A DNA stretch of 64,000 nucleotides from assembly GCA_030704615.1 (NCBI GenBank), contig CM060731.1:23126001-23190000 (forward strand), written 5' to 3'. The notes beneath the pieces are model-generated. The model saw only the letters and a program-made list of their open reading frames with translations, was not told where the DNA came from and made no database searches. Made by a program: the position numbers and the translations under genes. Position 1 is the stretch's first letter, and each line of letters begins with the position of its first letter. Source of the DNA: Takakia lepidozioides. Its lineage: Eukaryota; Plantae; Bryophyta. Positions 12,818-27,283 of this stretch are shown piece by piece.

Positions 12818-15503
12818 ATGATGGCGGCAACAAGCCGCCTGTGGATCTCGGCTTTGGTGAAAAACAGCAGTCGGCAGCTACGGACGCGTCCGCTTGGCTG
12901 CGCTGCGGCAGCTATAGAGGTGGATGGTTGGAGGTCGGTGGCAGTTGAGGATGTGCACAGGCAGGATGAGGGGCGCGGTGTGCAATGGGTGTTCCTGGGG
13001 TGTCCTGGGGTGGGCAAAGGGACGTATGCAAGCCGACTCGCCAAGCTTCTAGAGGTTCCGCACATTGCAATGGGGGATCTGGTCAGGAGTGAGCTATCCC
13101 AGGCCACACCCATGTCCAAACAGGTGTGCACCTGTCTCTCTGTCTCTCTCTGTTTCTCTCTCTCCCGCCACATCCCCATGTGAGGATACGGAGGGCTTTG
13201 GATCACTATGTAACGGCCGAGAGAAGATACAATTAATTCATATGATGCCTGTCGATCTTCTCTCATGATTTCAAACTACAGCAGGGTTCTCAGTTCGCCC
13301 ACTTTGGCCATCTCTCTCTCTCAGTGGGGTTATTCCTTTGGGTGTGGATCTGCAGAGACCCTTCATCAACCTGTCGTTGGTGTGATGAGAAAAGTGAAAC
13401 TCGACACTTTATTGCCCTACGTTGTTGAATCAACTGTTGGTCAGTAGTTGTTGCAGGATCCCTCCTGCTGCCTCAGCTAGAGGGGTAATGTCTACTTTGG
13501 CTTAGACCACAAGAACTGTGCCCTATGTAGAATAGCCATCCATGAATGGACTGAGTGAGGAAATTGTTGCCAAAAACACTCGTTGGACCCTACACATGAC
13601 TGTTACTAGAAAGGAGATTTTATGAACCAGTGGAGGGAATCTCATAAAGTGGGGTTGCATGGGGTAAAGCCAGTTGAGGATGGTTGTTACCACTTTCATG
13701 AATATGTGCAAGGCACTCTGCAGTTGATTGCTGGCATCTAACACCATTGCATGGCAGTTCAGAATTTTTCCACTTGTTCAGTTACAGCAGTTTCTGAAAA
13801 TCTGGGTAGGTTTGCAATCTGGTTGACATATTATTGGTGATACTCCTAAATGCATATATGAGCGATCTGGTGGGCTGGTCATTAATTTTGGGTATGTATG
13901 GATGCAGCTGGCAACTGCAATGAGCCAAGGGCAGTTGCTGCCTGATGAAGTCATCTTCCGCCTCCTGTCCAAGCGCCGTGAGCAAGGTGTGACATCTGGT
14001 GAATCGGGCTTCATCCTGGATGGTTTTCCCCGCACCGTGCATCAAGCGGTATTCCTCTTGACAACATGCTCAGATTCTTGGGTGGATGTTGGATGTGCTT
14101 GCCAGACCATGTCTGGGCACTCTGCTTCCGTTCTATTGACAACTCCTATGATCTGCAACCCTATAGCCTTATCTGCCTGATTGTTTGGAATCCTAGACAA
14201 AGAACGGAGGATGTGGGGTAACAAGGAGGTAACTAGGGGTTTGGTAACAACAAGTAGGCAACAGATATATGGATTGTGACTTCAGAGTCATCCAGTTTCA
14301 ATGCTATAGATAGCAGCTTCTGGCTCTGGCTTTTCAACCAGGCACATTGACCAAGTGTCTGACTGAATTATTCTTCTTGCACCAAGTTGGATCAATTTTA
14401 GGCACGGCAAATAATAGTAGGGTATGACCAACCTGTCTTATTGAAATCTATTCCAGCTCAGGTTTCTGATTGGTTTGTCAACACTTGGACAGATAAAAAG
14501 CAATTTAGCTCGCCAATCATGCCTTCAGACCAGAGATGAATTTGTTATAAATCTGCCCTAGCCTTAGGCCTATGGGCCTGGCTAATGAGTTTGGTGGGTA
14601 AGTGTGTGGAGGAATATTTTTAACAGGGGTACCTGTACACTTTAGGGTTTCTGGGGCAACATGCTGAGGCCATCGTAGTTTATTGAAGAGGACAGATCTG
14701 AAAGAGAGAGGTGTCAGTGGTGATGTGGATGGGACAGCAGAGGCTAGCACTGACACTATGCTGTCTGTTGTCCAAATTGGCGCAGGAAATTTTGGAAGAG
14801 GTGACAAACATAGATCTGGTGGTGAACCTGAAACTAAGAGAAGATGTGTTGGTTACCAAGTGCTTGGGCCGGCGTATCTGTAGTGAGTGTGGAGGCAACT
14901 TCAATCTGGCACGCATTGATGTGGATGATGTAGAAGGCAGTCCTCGTATCTTCATGCCACCCTTGCTGCCTCCTCCTCAGTGTGCCTCAAAGATGACCAT
15001 CCGTGCTGATGATACTGAGGATGTCGTCCGTGCACGCCTGCGTGTCTACTATGAGGAGGTATATCTGCTATTGCTTTTGTCAGGCTTGGGAAAATTGACC
15101 TAAGTTAGGGGTCTGAACAGGGGAACAAAAGGGTCAGTTGAATGGTTTCTACAAATGAGGCAGATGTTGAATTTCTGGGTCAGTATGTCCTGTGTCGGGT
15201 AAAGCAAAGCAAAGAAGGCATGTCTGTCATTTGTATTTCACTTTCAGGTAGTCATGGGTTAAAATACCCCTTCCAGTACTGGGAACCTGGAGTGAGTTTG
15301 TGCCAGATGATTGCTTGTCTGAAGTGTGATTGTTCTGACTGCAGAGCCAGCCAGTGGAAGACTTCTTCCGCAACCGAGGCAAACTGCTGGACTTTGATGT
15401 TGCCGGAGGGATACCCGAGACATGGCCACGTTTATTGGCTGCTCTTAATTTGGAGGAGAAGGAGCGCGTACATCACCATGATGTGCGAAAGCTAGCGGCT
15501 TGA
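12818..15503 (+). CDS. ADK: Adenylate kinase, organellar type; exons 12818-13123, 13908-14048, 14786-15058, 15345-15503
   Basis: P-loop [38 protein letters not shown] and [13 protein letters not shown]. Four GT-AG joined exons stay in frame to TGA at 15501-15503. The N-terminus looks like a transit peptide. Confidence 0.93.
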
Positions 15504-15709
15504 ACACATTATTCTGTGTTATTCATCATAGTTGAGATAATGATTGGTGTTGGCTCGCCACAGCAGACTTTCAAGCTGGTGGGACGAGTCAAGTCATAAA
15601 AGCATCACATCTAGGCCTACCTAGGGTGAAGATTTTGTAGGTATATCAAACCATTATTTATAGAGCCAGCATGGGGAAGGTTAGTACATCGTGTTATTGT
15701 AATTATGTA

Positions 15710-15880
15710 CTGTAATTATTTCCTCAAGAGTATCATGAAAAAGTGGCAGTTCCATGGATTTAGTTCCATGGATTTACGTGGAATTTTTATGTTTTCTGCT
15801 TTTTGTGGTAGACAGGTAATTCAAGATAGACCTAGTATGTTTCCGAGATAAGCAGGGTTGGGAAAGGTAAGTTTGCAAAG
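15710..15880 (-). repeat. Second copy of the dispersed repeat at 3100-3260
   Basis: Reverse-complement similarity to 3100-3260. Confidence 0.75.
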
Positions 15881-16990
15881 GACACTGGATCAGACGACTG
15901 GTTCCTATGCATGGGTGCCTTGGCATGGTGACATTGAGCTGATGTTGGAACTGATGAAGCATTCTTGAAGAGATTTTCCCCGTTGCTGTTTACCACAGCA
16001 CCAGGTGGGCATATGCCTGCCTCTAATAATATGTATCTACTCTTTATGATGAATTGTGATTTTGGTTTACACATTCCACAGCATCCCTGACTCGCAAAGG
16101 ATGTATGTTCTTGGCCAGAAGAGACCTTGTAGTTGGAAAAGTTAGCACTTGATGGCTCCGCCTTCTCCTTCACAAAGGTTATGGCTTTCCATCCACCAAG
16201 AAATTTACTCCCTTCACTTATTTGCCTGGTCACAACTGCATCCCTCTGGCAAAGTTGAAACGACATAGCACTAGTGCTAAAGCTCCTCTCCAGGCGTCTG
16301 GTGGTTTAGAGCATGCAAGGAAAGGGGTCTTGTCTTCACTCCCACCGAGCCCATTTTGGGCAGGCTCTTTGAGCACAAGTTGAGCAACATGTGGACAACG
16401 TGCAGAACAAACAAACCTCCGATGCTGCCATGTGCAGCGAAGGAGGGGAGGTCAGGTTGTAAAGACGAACGAAAGACATCTTGTGTTTTCAGCAAGTTAC
16501 ACTGTTTTGAACAGGGCTTCAGGAAGGTGGAGAGCAGCACTGGTTACGAGGAAAAACCTTGTCCCCTCGTGGATTGCGTCAGGCTACGAACAAAGCCATT
16601 GCCTCATGTGCGGGCTCGAAGATTCTCTCCATGCGGAAGGAGAGGGTGGGTGGTCCCCTGGAGTTGACAATCAGCGACAGATGGCCCTAGTGAATTTGCC
16701 TCCTGTGACTCTTCCCACGTGAAATTGAACGGGACTGAAGAAACCAGCAATGGGCGAGAAAGACTTGCAACTCAAGCGAGCCGAGAAGGAGGTAGGGATG
16801 GTGACCAACTCCATGTTCTGACTAAACTGACAGTGTCGATTCCTCACAGTATTTATTTTCATCTTCCTTCTCCGCGGCAGTGGCTCGACGAAATTTGAGC
16901 TTTTTCGGGAGGAAGGTGTTTGTGGGTACCGAGAAGTATTTGTGTGGAGAAAGTTGAGGTGAGTAGATATAAGCAGCTGCATCGCCAGCC

Positions 16991-19562
16991 ATGGCTCCAA
17001 GCACAGTCGTTGTCACGGGAGCTACGGGCTTCATCGCATCTTGGCTTGTGAAGCTTCTACTGGAGCGTGGCTACACCGTGCGTGGCACTGTTCGTGATCC
17101 AAGTAAGTCTGCATTCACTTGTGTCGTTTTCAGCTAGTGCAATCCGGTATTCAGATTGATCGAATGTTCAGCTCCCGGTAAGGGATTTGGTCAGATGGTT
17201 GACATGGTTGACATGCTGTTTGGGTCTTGTTATTGGAAGCGCTCACAAAGTTGAATAATTTTGGGTAACACTGGGGATCTCCTGCAACTATAATGAAAGT
17301 GAGTGAGTCTTGAATGGTCAGTGGCGTGAATTTTGACAACATGGGTGTGTCACTCACTCTGAGCCATGCTGCAAGTCTACTACGTTAGTCCGCATTCTTC
17401 CGCATCAATGCGTATGTCGGGCGTTCTGTTAGACATGTACATCCCAGACTTCACTCCATGTGACGAGAGGTGAGGCTTACTAGCGGAAGGGGGAACTCAG
17501 ACAAAGCGCAGCACATCAGAGAGTTGCCAGGCGCCGATGAGCGGTTGGAGCTGTTCGAAGCCGATCTTATGGTTCCAGGAAGCTTCGATAAAGTTGTGGA
17601 AGTTCCACACTGCGTCTCCAGTCTTTCAAAATATCACAGATCCCCAGGTTTGTCCTACCTATGCCTTGCTAGGTCGGTTGCTTGTACGATGCTGCTGTGT
17701 GGTTTTTCTCTGGGAGACTGCCAGAGTCCCATGTACATTTATCAGCATCAATCGCCTGAATACTTTGGCACAACAGAAGGTATAAGATACATAGTGTAAT
17801 TAGGGACTTTCAAACATGGGAGGGTTACCTTCAGTAGGTTAATCTCAATGTACCATTGTGAGTTTGGTTTTAGTTGCTAACATGTACTAAAGCATGATTT
17901 GGCTGGATGGTCACTGGACAGTGAAGACTGAATGCTTACAGTGGGTTATGGACGGGTGTTTCAGGTGCAGCTTATTGATCCAGCAGTGAAGGGAACATTG
18001 AATGTGTTGAACTCATGTGCCAAGGCAGGCACAAAGCGTATTGTGTTGACATCATCCGTGGCAGCAGTCAGCCACCTTCGTGACCGGGCTGACAATGTTG
18101 TCATCGACGAGAGTTTTTGGAGTGATGCTGAGTATTGCCGTGAAAATAAGGTGCTTTGGGTCTGCCTGTTCCATCTTGTTCCTACAGTTGTGTCTCTTCA
18201 TTGTTCATGTGTCTGGTTCGACTGTCTGTCGGTTGATCTCGTTTCAAACAAGATGACAATAAGGAGGGAGTTGTAGTCCATTTGACTGGTTAAGGATGGA
18301 TGGGGTGCAGCAATGGTATGTATTGTCCAAGGTACTCGCGGAAAAGGCAGCATGGGATTTTGCAAAGGAGAAGGACCTGGACCTTGTGGTTGTCAACCCC
18401 AGCGGTGTCAGTGGCCCCTTTCTGCAATCCTCTCTCAACAGCACCACAGCGTTTGTGCTTCACTTTCTCTCTGGTGAGTCTCATAGTAGGCCACTTTCTA
18501 TTGCCAAGATGTCCATGGCTGAATGCTTGAATACTGTTGTGGTGGATCTTGGGATAAGAGGACTCAAAAGCATGGCTTCAATTTCATGGGTGGTTGCAGG
18601 GACTGCAAAGACATATCCAAACATGGTTAATGGCTGGGTAGGGGTGAAAGATTTAGCGCTGGCACATGTTTTGGTATATGAGAATCCAGATGCGACTGGG
18701 CGGTATATATGTTCAAGTTGCGTGCTTCGTGCTTCTGATTTTATTGCCATTCTCACCAAGCTTTACCCCTCGTATCCCATTCCCACCAAGTATGTCACTT
18801 TCTCCTCCCCCTTCCTTGCTGGCCTGTATCAGTGGGGAGATTGAATATGCCAACGTTGTCACCTTGGCCAAGGAGGTTCTTTCTTATTTGACGTCATCTG
18901 AGGGAGTCAATTAGTTTGACAGCGTGTTTTCTATCTACATAGAGATATCTACCACAGGTATTGATTGGTGTCTAACTGGCCTAACCAACATGAGCGAGGA
19001 CGTGAGCAGAGGCAAATTTAAGTGAGGGAGGTACAAAAATGCCTGGCCTGGCCAAGTTCAGTTGGCAGAGTGGGACTGTCCATGCGTCATTGTAATTGTG
19101 GTTAGGAATTTGAAATGTGGCAAACAACATGCCTTCTTTCCAGGAGAGTAATACCATCTCAAAGAAAAGCCTGTCTGGCCTATTTGCATGGGAGCTGAGA
19201 CTTCTTAGCCCCACATAGTAGGAAGCCTACAAAAATGAGTCCAAGATTCTGATGTGTGGAAATGTCCGAGGGAAACCCAACACCTCTCTATACAAACCCA
19301 ATGAAGTGTGCAATCTGCAGTTTTTGCACCTGTTAAGTGAGTCATTCCAGTTTCCTGTGGATTGGTTATGACCTACTGGCTAGCAGAAGTTGAGATTGGG
19401 TTTGGGTGGGTGTTCAGATGTGCTGACGAGACTTCACCGAGGCCCCCATATTACACACTCAATACAAAAAAATTGCAGAATCTGGGACTTTCATACCAAC
19501 CATTGGAGGAAGTAATCCAAGAAACTGTTGATTGCTTCAAGAATCGAAAATTGTTGGAGTGA
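16991..19562 (+). CDS. Cinnamoyl-CoA reductase-like NAD(P)-dependent reductase (CCR/DFR superfamily); 6 exons (16991-17102, ~17501-17647, 17965-18150, 18311-18473, 18600-18789, 19418-19562); frameshift in exon 2, possible pseudogene
   Basis: [46 protein letters not shown] and catalytic WYVLSK. The bona fide CCR motif NWYCY is absent. An apparent 14-nt deletion lies at ~17602. Confidence 0.85.
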
Positions 19563-21232
19563 GAAATCATATGATTCGTGAAGCCGTGGTATTTCCCTGC
19601 CATGATGCAAAATTGTAATCCGACAACGGAGCATGGAGTATGAGCTGCGGAATGATTCTGAATGGAAGCGGTTGCAGCCATACACTTATTGGAGCATTTG
19701 AGCTGAGAAACATAGTGATGGGAGTAAGTTCAGCCTATTATGTACTAGCCCGGCCAAAAATTTGAATGGGCAGCGTACCTGGCAGAACGTCATCTGCCCA
19801 GACCATTCCTTCGCCTAACATATTTATAGGTGGCAGTTTCTGTACTTTTACTTGGCCTCAAACGAAAACCCTGGCAGGTGATTGGAATGTTCCTTTTATG
19901 CACAGTAAGATACATACACAAAGCAGTAGAAACTAGAAACTGTATGTTGGACTGGTTTATTGTGTCCTTTTTCGCAAACCCGCATTGGCCGTGTCTAGTA
20001 CAAGCCATGGAAAGTGACCCTAAAGAATTTGGCCCTTCTCGTTGAGAAATCGTGTAAATTGGGTAATTATAACTATGGCGAAACAAACCACAACAGTCTA
20101 TTGTTCTCAGCTATATATATGTGTGTGTGTTGTGGGAACCCCAGCTACCCACAAATTTTCCGAGTTGTAGTTTGTCAGATCTCTGGGCGTAAACCAGTGG
20201 ACCCCAACAAATCACTCTACCCTTGTGGACGACGTGGGACCAGCCATCCTTGTCCACCCACTGTCTTGTCTAACCAGGGTTAGGTTCAGGGCAGCCCAGA
20301 TCCACTCATTTTGCTTCACAACTGAACTCCGGGCAGGACCGAGGCCATTTCATCAAATTAAAAGAACAAGGAAAAAATAACCTCGTGGTCACTGGTGAGC
20401 ACAGATTTATAATAATTTTTCCAACTTGATCAGACATCATTTACCCTGACCTGACCGTGGTTAAAAGCTAACTAGAGACCACAATGGGTTGACAGGCCTA
20501 TAAGAACAGTGATCAGTTCACAGAGGAAGAAGTTTCTTCCCTTCCTTCGTTGTTCTTCTTAGTTAGCTCGCTGATGTTTCTTTTGAGTGTGTTGGTTTCC
20601 TGTTCCTGGAGCTCTTTTGGGCTTACTGTGGCTGTTGCAAAAGCAAAAATGATTGCGGTCTTGCCTTCTGGAAAAGCTTCCCAACCATTAATGCAAACAT
20701 ATCTCTGCTGCAATCCGTTATGCAAGCTGTTGGACAAGCTTTAGAAGGTGCAGGGTTTCCCATGGCTTCATTAGCTATATATATAGTTCAATGAAGAGGA
20801 GTCATTCCCAACCGTTCCCACAACATATGTGCTTTCAACATCCAGTCTAGTATACACCAAATATCACAAATGCACACTCCATGACCTTTTGGGCCAGGAT
20901 CTATTGTGGTACCTTCCTGCCATTTGAGCAAATTCCTACGGACTTGTTTCCTATTTGCTTTGGTGTCCATTGCTTTCTTCGATTCGATCTGCATAGCCTC
21001 ACCCACTTCATTTCTGGCACCAGAAACCTGCCTAGCATATAAGGCTGGAGACAACAATCTGAAATGCATTGGGTGCAAGAGTAAGTGGAGGGGACTTACG
21101 GTACAGATGCCCACATCCAAGTCATTCAAAAATAATTGGAGTGTTTTCCTACACACACAATCTCTCTCAGTTTGCCTTTCAGTTCCAAGCAGCTTTACAG
21201 GAAATGCATTTAAACACCCCTCCACCTTAAGA

Positions 21233-22985
<1,753 letters not shown>

Positions 22986-24913
22986 TCGTGCCCACTTTCT
23001 TCTCCTCAAAGCTCCCAAACCCACGAGCCCAGACGCATCTCTCACCCCACCACTCCCCTACCCCGGTGCCCGGATAGCCAGTTATGATTCCCGAAGCTCT
23101 GCTCTGTTTCTTGCGAAGACCCACAAAGCAAAACGCATCTCTCAACCAGCAGTTTTGTTACACGATGTTGCTCTACCCCGTTACGATTCCCAGGGTAGGG
23201 TAAGGAGCTCTCTTTCTTGCAAAGAACCGTGGTGGGCAAACCTCGCTGCCTGCAGGGAACAACTTCCGCAGGAAAATAACCTCATACTTGTCTGGTGCCC
23301 AGATCACTCCTCGCACGCCCAATACCCTTGCAGATAATGTGCACCCTCTCCACACTGTCCTTCCCCTCTCTCTCTATACACACAACTCCTGCAATTGCAC
23401 CCACTAGCCTATTTGCCCTAATCCTTCAAATTTTGGGACTCAATGGGCCGACTACTTTGTGGATTTTTTTAAGGCGCGGTGCTTGTCAAAAGCTGATGAT
23501 GCTTCCTTTCATAGACGTTTCCAGCTCTATTAATATTATCCACTTTCCTTGTTAAGTTTCCTTCTTCAGTTCTGGGCTTGAGCTTCGACTATGTATAGCC
23601 CACCACCAGTTTGGGAACTTGGGTGGTTCAGTCTTTGAGGAGTCCAAGCTTCAGCCCATTGAATTGCGAGTATTTTTGGCAACAATGCGCAATCGTACGT
23701 TACCCAAACAGGCTTGCCTGTCTAAACAAAGTTGGGTCCGAGGTCCGAGGCACAAAAAAAAATGGCGGAAGATGTGAAAGGCCGATGTTGACTTGTCGTA
23801 GTAGATATTGGGTGCTGTCGCTTTGAACTTCGAATGTTTGTTGCTTGTAAGGTCACATCACAAGTCACAACGTCACAACCGTTGCTGGATGTCTGCGTAA
23901 AAGTGGTCTCGCAGTAAGTAGAGTAGGATTGAAGAAGGAAGATGCTTTGGGTATTTGGGACTGACTAGATGCTCGTGCACAGTGGCGGTGGGTACCTTCC
24001 GATTCGAATCTGTTACGTGGGTAGGCTTGGATTCGAGAAGCAAATTTGCTAAGTGGATAGATCTTCTATGTTTATCTCCTCACACTGCAGCATCCAGCAG
24101 GAATTACAGTTGCGATGTCAGGTTCATATGTCGTCTCGGGTGCTTTGTATAAAGATGGCGAATTTCAAGTTTGTCTCTTTGGGGTGACCAGAGGAGTACT
24201 ACACGGTAGTAGATTCTTCTAGCAAATTGATCTTCGGAGCTCAAGTTGTATGTAAGGTGAAGTGCTTGATCTGTATATTTTTCTGTAACTTAACAATCCA
24301 CGTCGTGTTCTCGAAGCTCTTACAGGATGATCGAAAGTTGTGCGGAAGATTCTGTCGCCGTGTCTTTTTCAACTTTCTCTTCTTCGCTGATTAATGAAGA
24401 AAACTTCAGGATAGATATTACCCAGCAGAGTATTCCCGTGTTCTCAGTGTACGTAGTGATGCCAGTTCGAATGTAAATGGTTGAGAGACCAGCAATCATC
24501 CTCAACAGTTTATGCTTTCCGTTCCGATGGGATCTTATATGCTGTAGTCTCGACGCAAGTGCCTGCAACTAGGCAAATGCAGGGATGCTGATTGTGCCTT
24601 GTGCTCTTCTAGCCTTGTGTAATGTTTGCACAGCTTTAAATATGTGGTTGAACCTTAAAGTTAGTTGCCTTTGGGGCGATGGTTGTCAGGGTTCTTCAGC
24701 GAACTTCTTCTAAGCGCCCTGTTGGACTGCTCCGTGGTACCTTGTCAAAAGGAGTTACGCTGCCAACGGGTGAGAATATTGGAGGCGTATATTTAGTAAG
24801 ATAGTACGTGAAGGGGTCGTCCACTGACATAGCAAGCGATTAAGGTTCATGCGACTTGTTTGTTTCTCCCCAAATTGTCTTCATGCCCAAGGTAGACGGA
24901 CCAGGCCTCCAGG

Positions 24914-27283
24914 ATGGGCGGGTGGAGGGCAGGGGGTTGCCTGGCAGCAGGGCTGTGTTGTGTAATGCTGTTTTGGCAAGAAGTGGGTGCCCTTCACAGC
25001 GATCCTCAGGAATGGAAGGCAGGGCTTCGGTCAGACAACAATCCAGAGAAGGCTGGCATGTGTAGTGCAGAAAAGGGACATGAGGTGTCTCCACCAGAAA
25101 GCTTGACACATGAGAAGGCATCAGGAGTTGGGGAAATGCATCAGCTGGTGCTGAAGCAAGCTGCTCAGCTAGGACAGCTCAGTGATCTTATTACTCAGTT
25201 GCAGCATGTTCTCAATCATTTCCCTCTTCGGTCCTTGATTCCCCATCCACTGGGAGCCCAGAGGCCCGAGCCCTCCAAAATGCTAGAATCACAAGAGTTA
25301 TTGGCACAATCAGATCATTGCAGCTCTCTCAATCCTACGAAGAACGGTCATGCATTGCTCAAATCCTCTTTCACCACTGAGAAGTCCCTGACTGATGGCA
25401 GCATCAAAGTGCAGGCTGATGGCTATCCATCACTGCACAGTTGTGATCATGAATTGAGCTCTGTAAATTCTGCAGAGAGCTTCCATACAACACTCAAGAG
25501 TGCCACTGCCACTGATTCATCACTGCCAAGTCAATTGCATGATTCACAGTTGCAGGGTGGTGTAGCTCATACCACAGATGCACAGGGCTTGACCTCTGTG
25601 CCTACTGTCAATACAAGAAAAGGAGAATCGGGGTTGGTGGGGTACGGTCATGTGCGAGGCATGACAGTGGCACGATACAAGCCAGCTTGGTCAGAGTACT
25701 TTCAATTTGTCTCAGCTGTGAAGGTGAAAGCGGATGTATCTTGCCTTCATGTCCTGCCACACGAGGGTGAAGAAGGTTTGAGTCGGTATGTGGCAGTGGG
25801 TGACGTGACTGGGCATGTCTATATCTTTCTGGCACATGGTGACCTGTTGGTAGACCATGCCACACGGTCCTCAGCACCTATCACAGTGATGCTATCTTTT
25901 ACAATGCGCAAAAACGAAACTTTGCTTGTTACGGGCCACTCTGATGGTGCTGTGCTGGTGCATCGTGTGTGGGAGACTATCCATGGTGGCCCTTTATCTG
26001 GTGACAACTCACATGCCCTGGGCATAGAGTACTTCCACTCTCTCGTTCCCCCTTCATCACGCACCGGTGTTGACAATTTCGCAGCTCTGTATGAATCTCA
26101 GCAAGCTGTCGATAAGCTTGCACATCGGGAGTCCTCTGCTGGACCTGCCCCCCCATCTCCGCAAAATGATGGGGCATCACTAGACCAGCAAGAAATAGGT
26201 GTCAACCAACCAGTGACCAACCTAGAGGTGTACAGGGTTGGGAAGATACGATATGTCCTGGTATCAGACAGTGCAGGCAGACTGCAGGTGTTTCGGGAGG
26301 ATGGGAGCCTCTATGGGGTTGCACACTCTCCCAGTCGGCCCCTTGCATTTCTCCGGACGCCCAATGCGCAGCGCCTGTTGTTTCTGACAAAGTCGGGAGC
26401 TGGGTCACTGGATCTGCGGAGTATGAAAGTGCGTAGTAGTCCCTGTGAGGGTCTAAATAACTCCACTGTGGTTGCCTATGCCTTTGATGCTGCAGGCCGT
26501 TCCAGGGCCTACGGCTTTACAGAAGAGGGAGACCTCGTGTATGTGGCGCTGTCTGGAGACACACTCCGTTTTGAATGCCATGCCAGGGCGAAGAGGAAGT
26601 TGGAAGTGGAGGGACTCGTAGCACCTAATGGTATTAAGGGTTACCTGCTTGTTGCCACGCCACAGCATGTATCTGTCTACAACACAACCCTGCAGGTAGG
26701 CTTGAGCTATGCCAATATCCGGGTGGGGGGGCCCAGACCCCTTTTCTCGACATCCATGAGCGAGATAGCTCTATCTTTTGTCAACACCCCCATAAGTGAA
26801 AGCCACTGGCCTATGATAGCTAGCAATCGTCAGAAGTTAGTTGTTCTGGGATTTGGTGAGGGGTACGTCGGTATCTATCGGTCCAATTTGCCTCTACAAA
26901 AGCTGCCAGATTTCAATTCAAAACTTTGGAGTAGCCCCATCTTTTTATCGGTTCTTGTCTTACTAGCAGCTTGGCAGTTTCTGATCAGAAAGAGGGAGCC
27001 AATGTCCAGTGAGAGCTCTTCGATACCATTCGGATCAAGTTCTGTTGCACAGGGATATCAGAAGTACGAGGACACTAGGCCTATGTTGAGGGACGCAAGG
27101 GAGGGTAGCCTTGTAGAATCCAGGGGTACTTACCCCTCCAGACAATTTGGTGATAAGGCTCCATCTTATGGCTCTGGGTCTGTAAGTTTTAGACAGTCGG
27201 AAGTGGTAGATCCAAGCTCATACTCCACAAGGAGAGAACCTCTTTTTGCCAGTACTCAACCTGTAAGTGATTTGCGTCATTGA
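24914..27283 (+). CDS. Single-exon membrane protein of the At1g75140-like family (signal peptide, beta-rich domain, C-terminal TM helix)
   Basis: 789-aa ORF with the conserved block VARYKPAWSEYFQFVSAVK...GLSRYVAVGD, then LGFGEGYVGIYRSNLP and the TM segment WSSPIFLSVLVLLAAWQF. Confidence 0.8.
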   Translation: MGGWRAGGCLAAGLCCVMLFWQEVGALHSDPQEWKAGLRSDNNPEKAGMCSAEKGHEVSPPESLTHEKASGVGEMHQLVLKQAAQLGQLSDLITQLQHVLNHFPLRSLIPHPLGAQRPEPSKMLESQELLAQSDHCSSLNPTKNGHALLKSSFTTEKSLTDGSIKVQADGYPSLHSCDHELSSVNSAESFHTTLKSATATDSSLPSQLHDSQLQGGVAHTTDAQGLTSVPTVNTRKGESGLVGYGHVRGMTVARYKPAWSEYFQFVSAVKVKADVSCLHVLPHEGEEGLSRYVAVGDVTGHVYIFLAHGDLLVDHATRSSAPITVMLSFTMRKNETLLVTGHSDGAVLVHRVWETIHGGPLSGDNSHALGIEYFHSLVPPSSRTGVDNFAALYESQQAVDKLAHRESSAGPAPPSPQNDGASLDQQEIGVNQPVTNLEVYRVGKIRYVLVSDSAGRLQVFREDGSLYGVAHSPSRPLAFLRTPNAQRLLFLTKSGAGSLDLRSMKVRSSPCEGLNNSTVVAYAFDAAGRSRAYGFTEEGDLVYVALSGDTLRFECHARAKRKLEVEGLVAPNGIKGYLLVATPQHVSVYNTTLQVGLSYANIRVGGPRPLFSTSMSEIALSFVNTPISESHWPMIASNRQKLVVLGFGEGYVGIYRSNLPLQKLPDFNSKLWSSPIFLSVLVLLAAWQFLIRKREPMSSESSSIPFGSSSVAQGYQKYEDTRPMLRDAREGSLVESRGTYPSRQFGDKAPSYGSGSVSFRQSEVVDPSSYSTRREPLFASTQPVSDLRH

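Noticed and set aside
20790-21200. Possible additional LINE 3' fragment (a similar hint at ~27600-28300)
   Set aside because: Only faint motif resemblance with many stops; it cannot be supported without a search.
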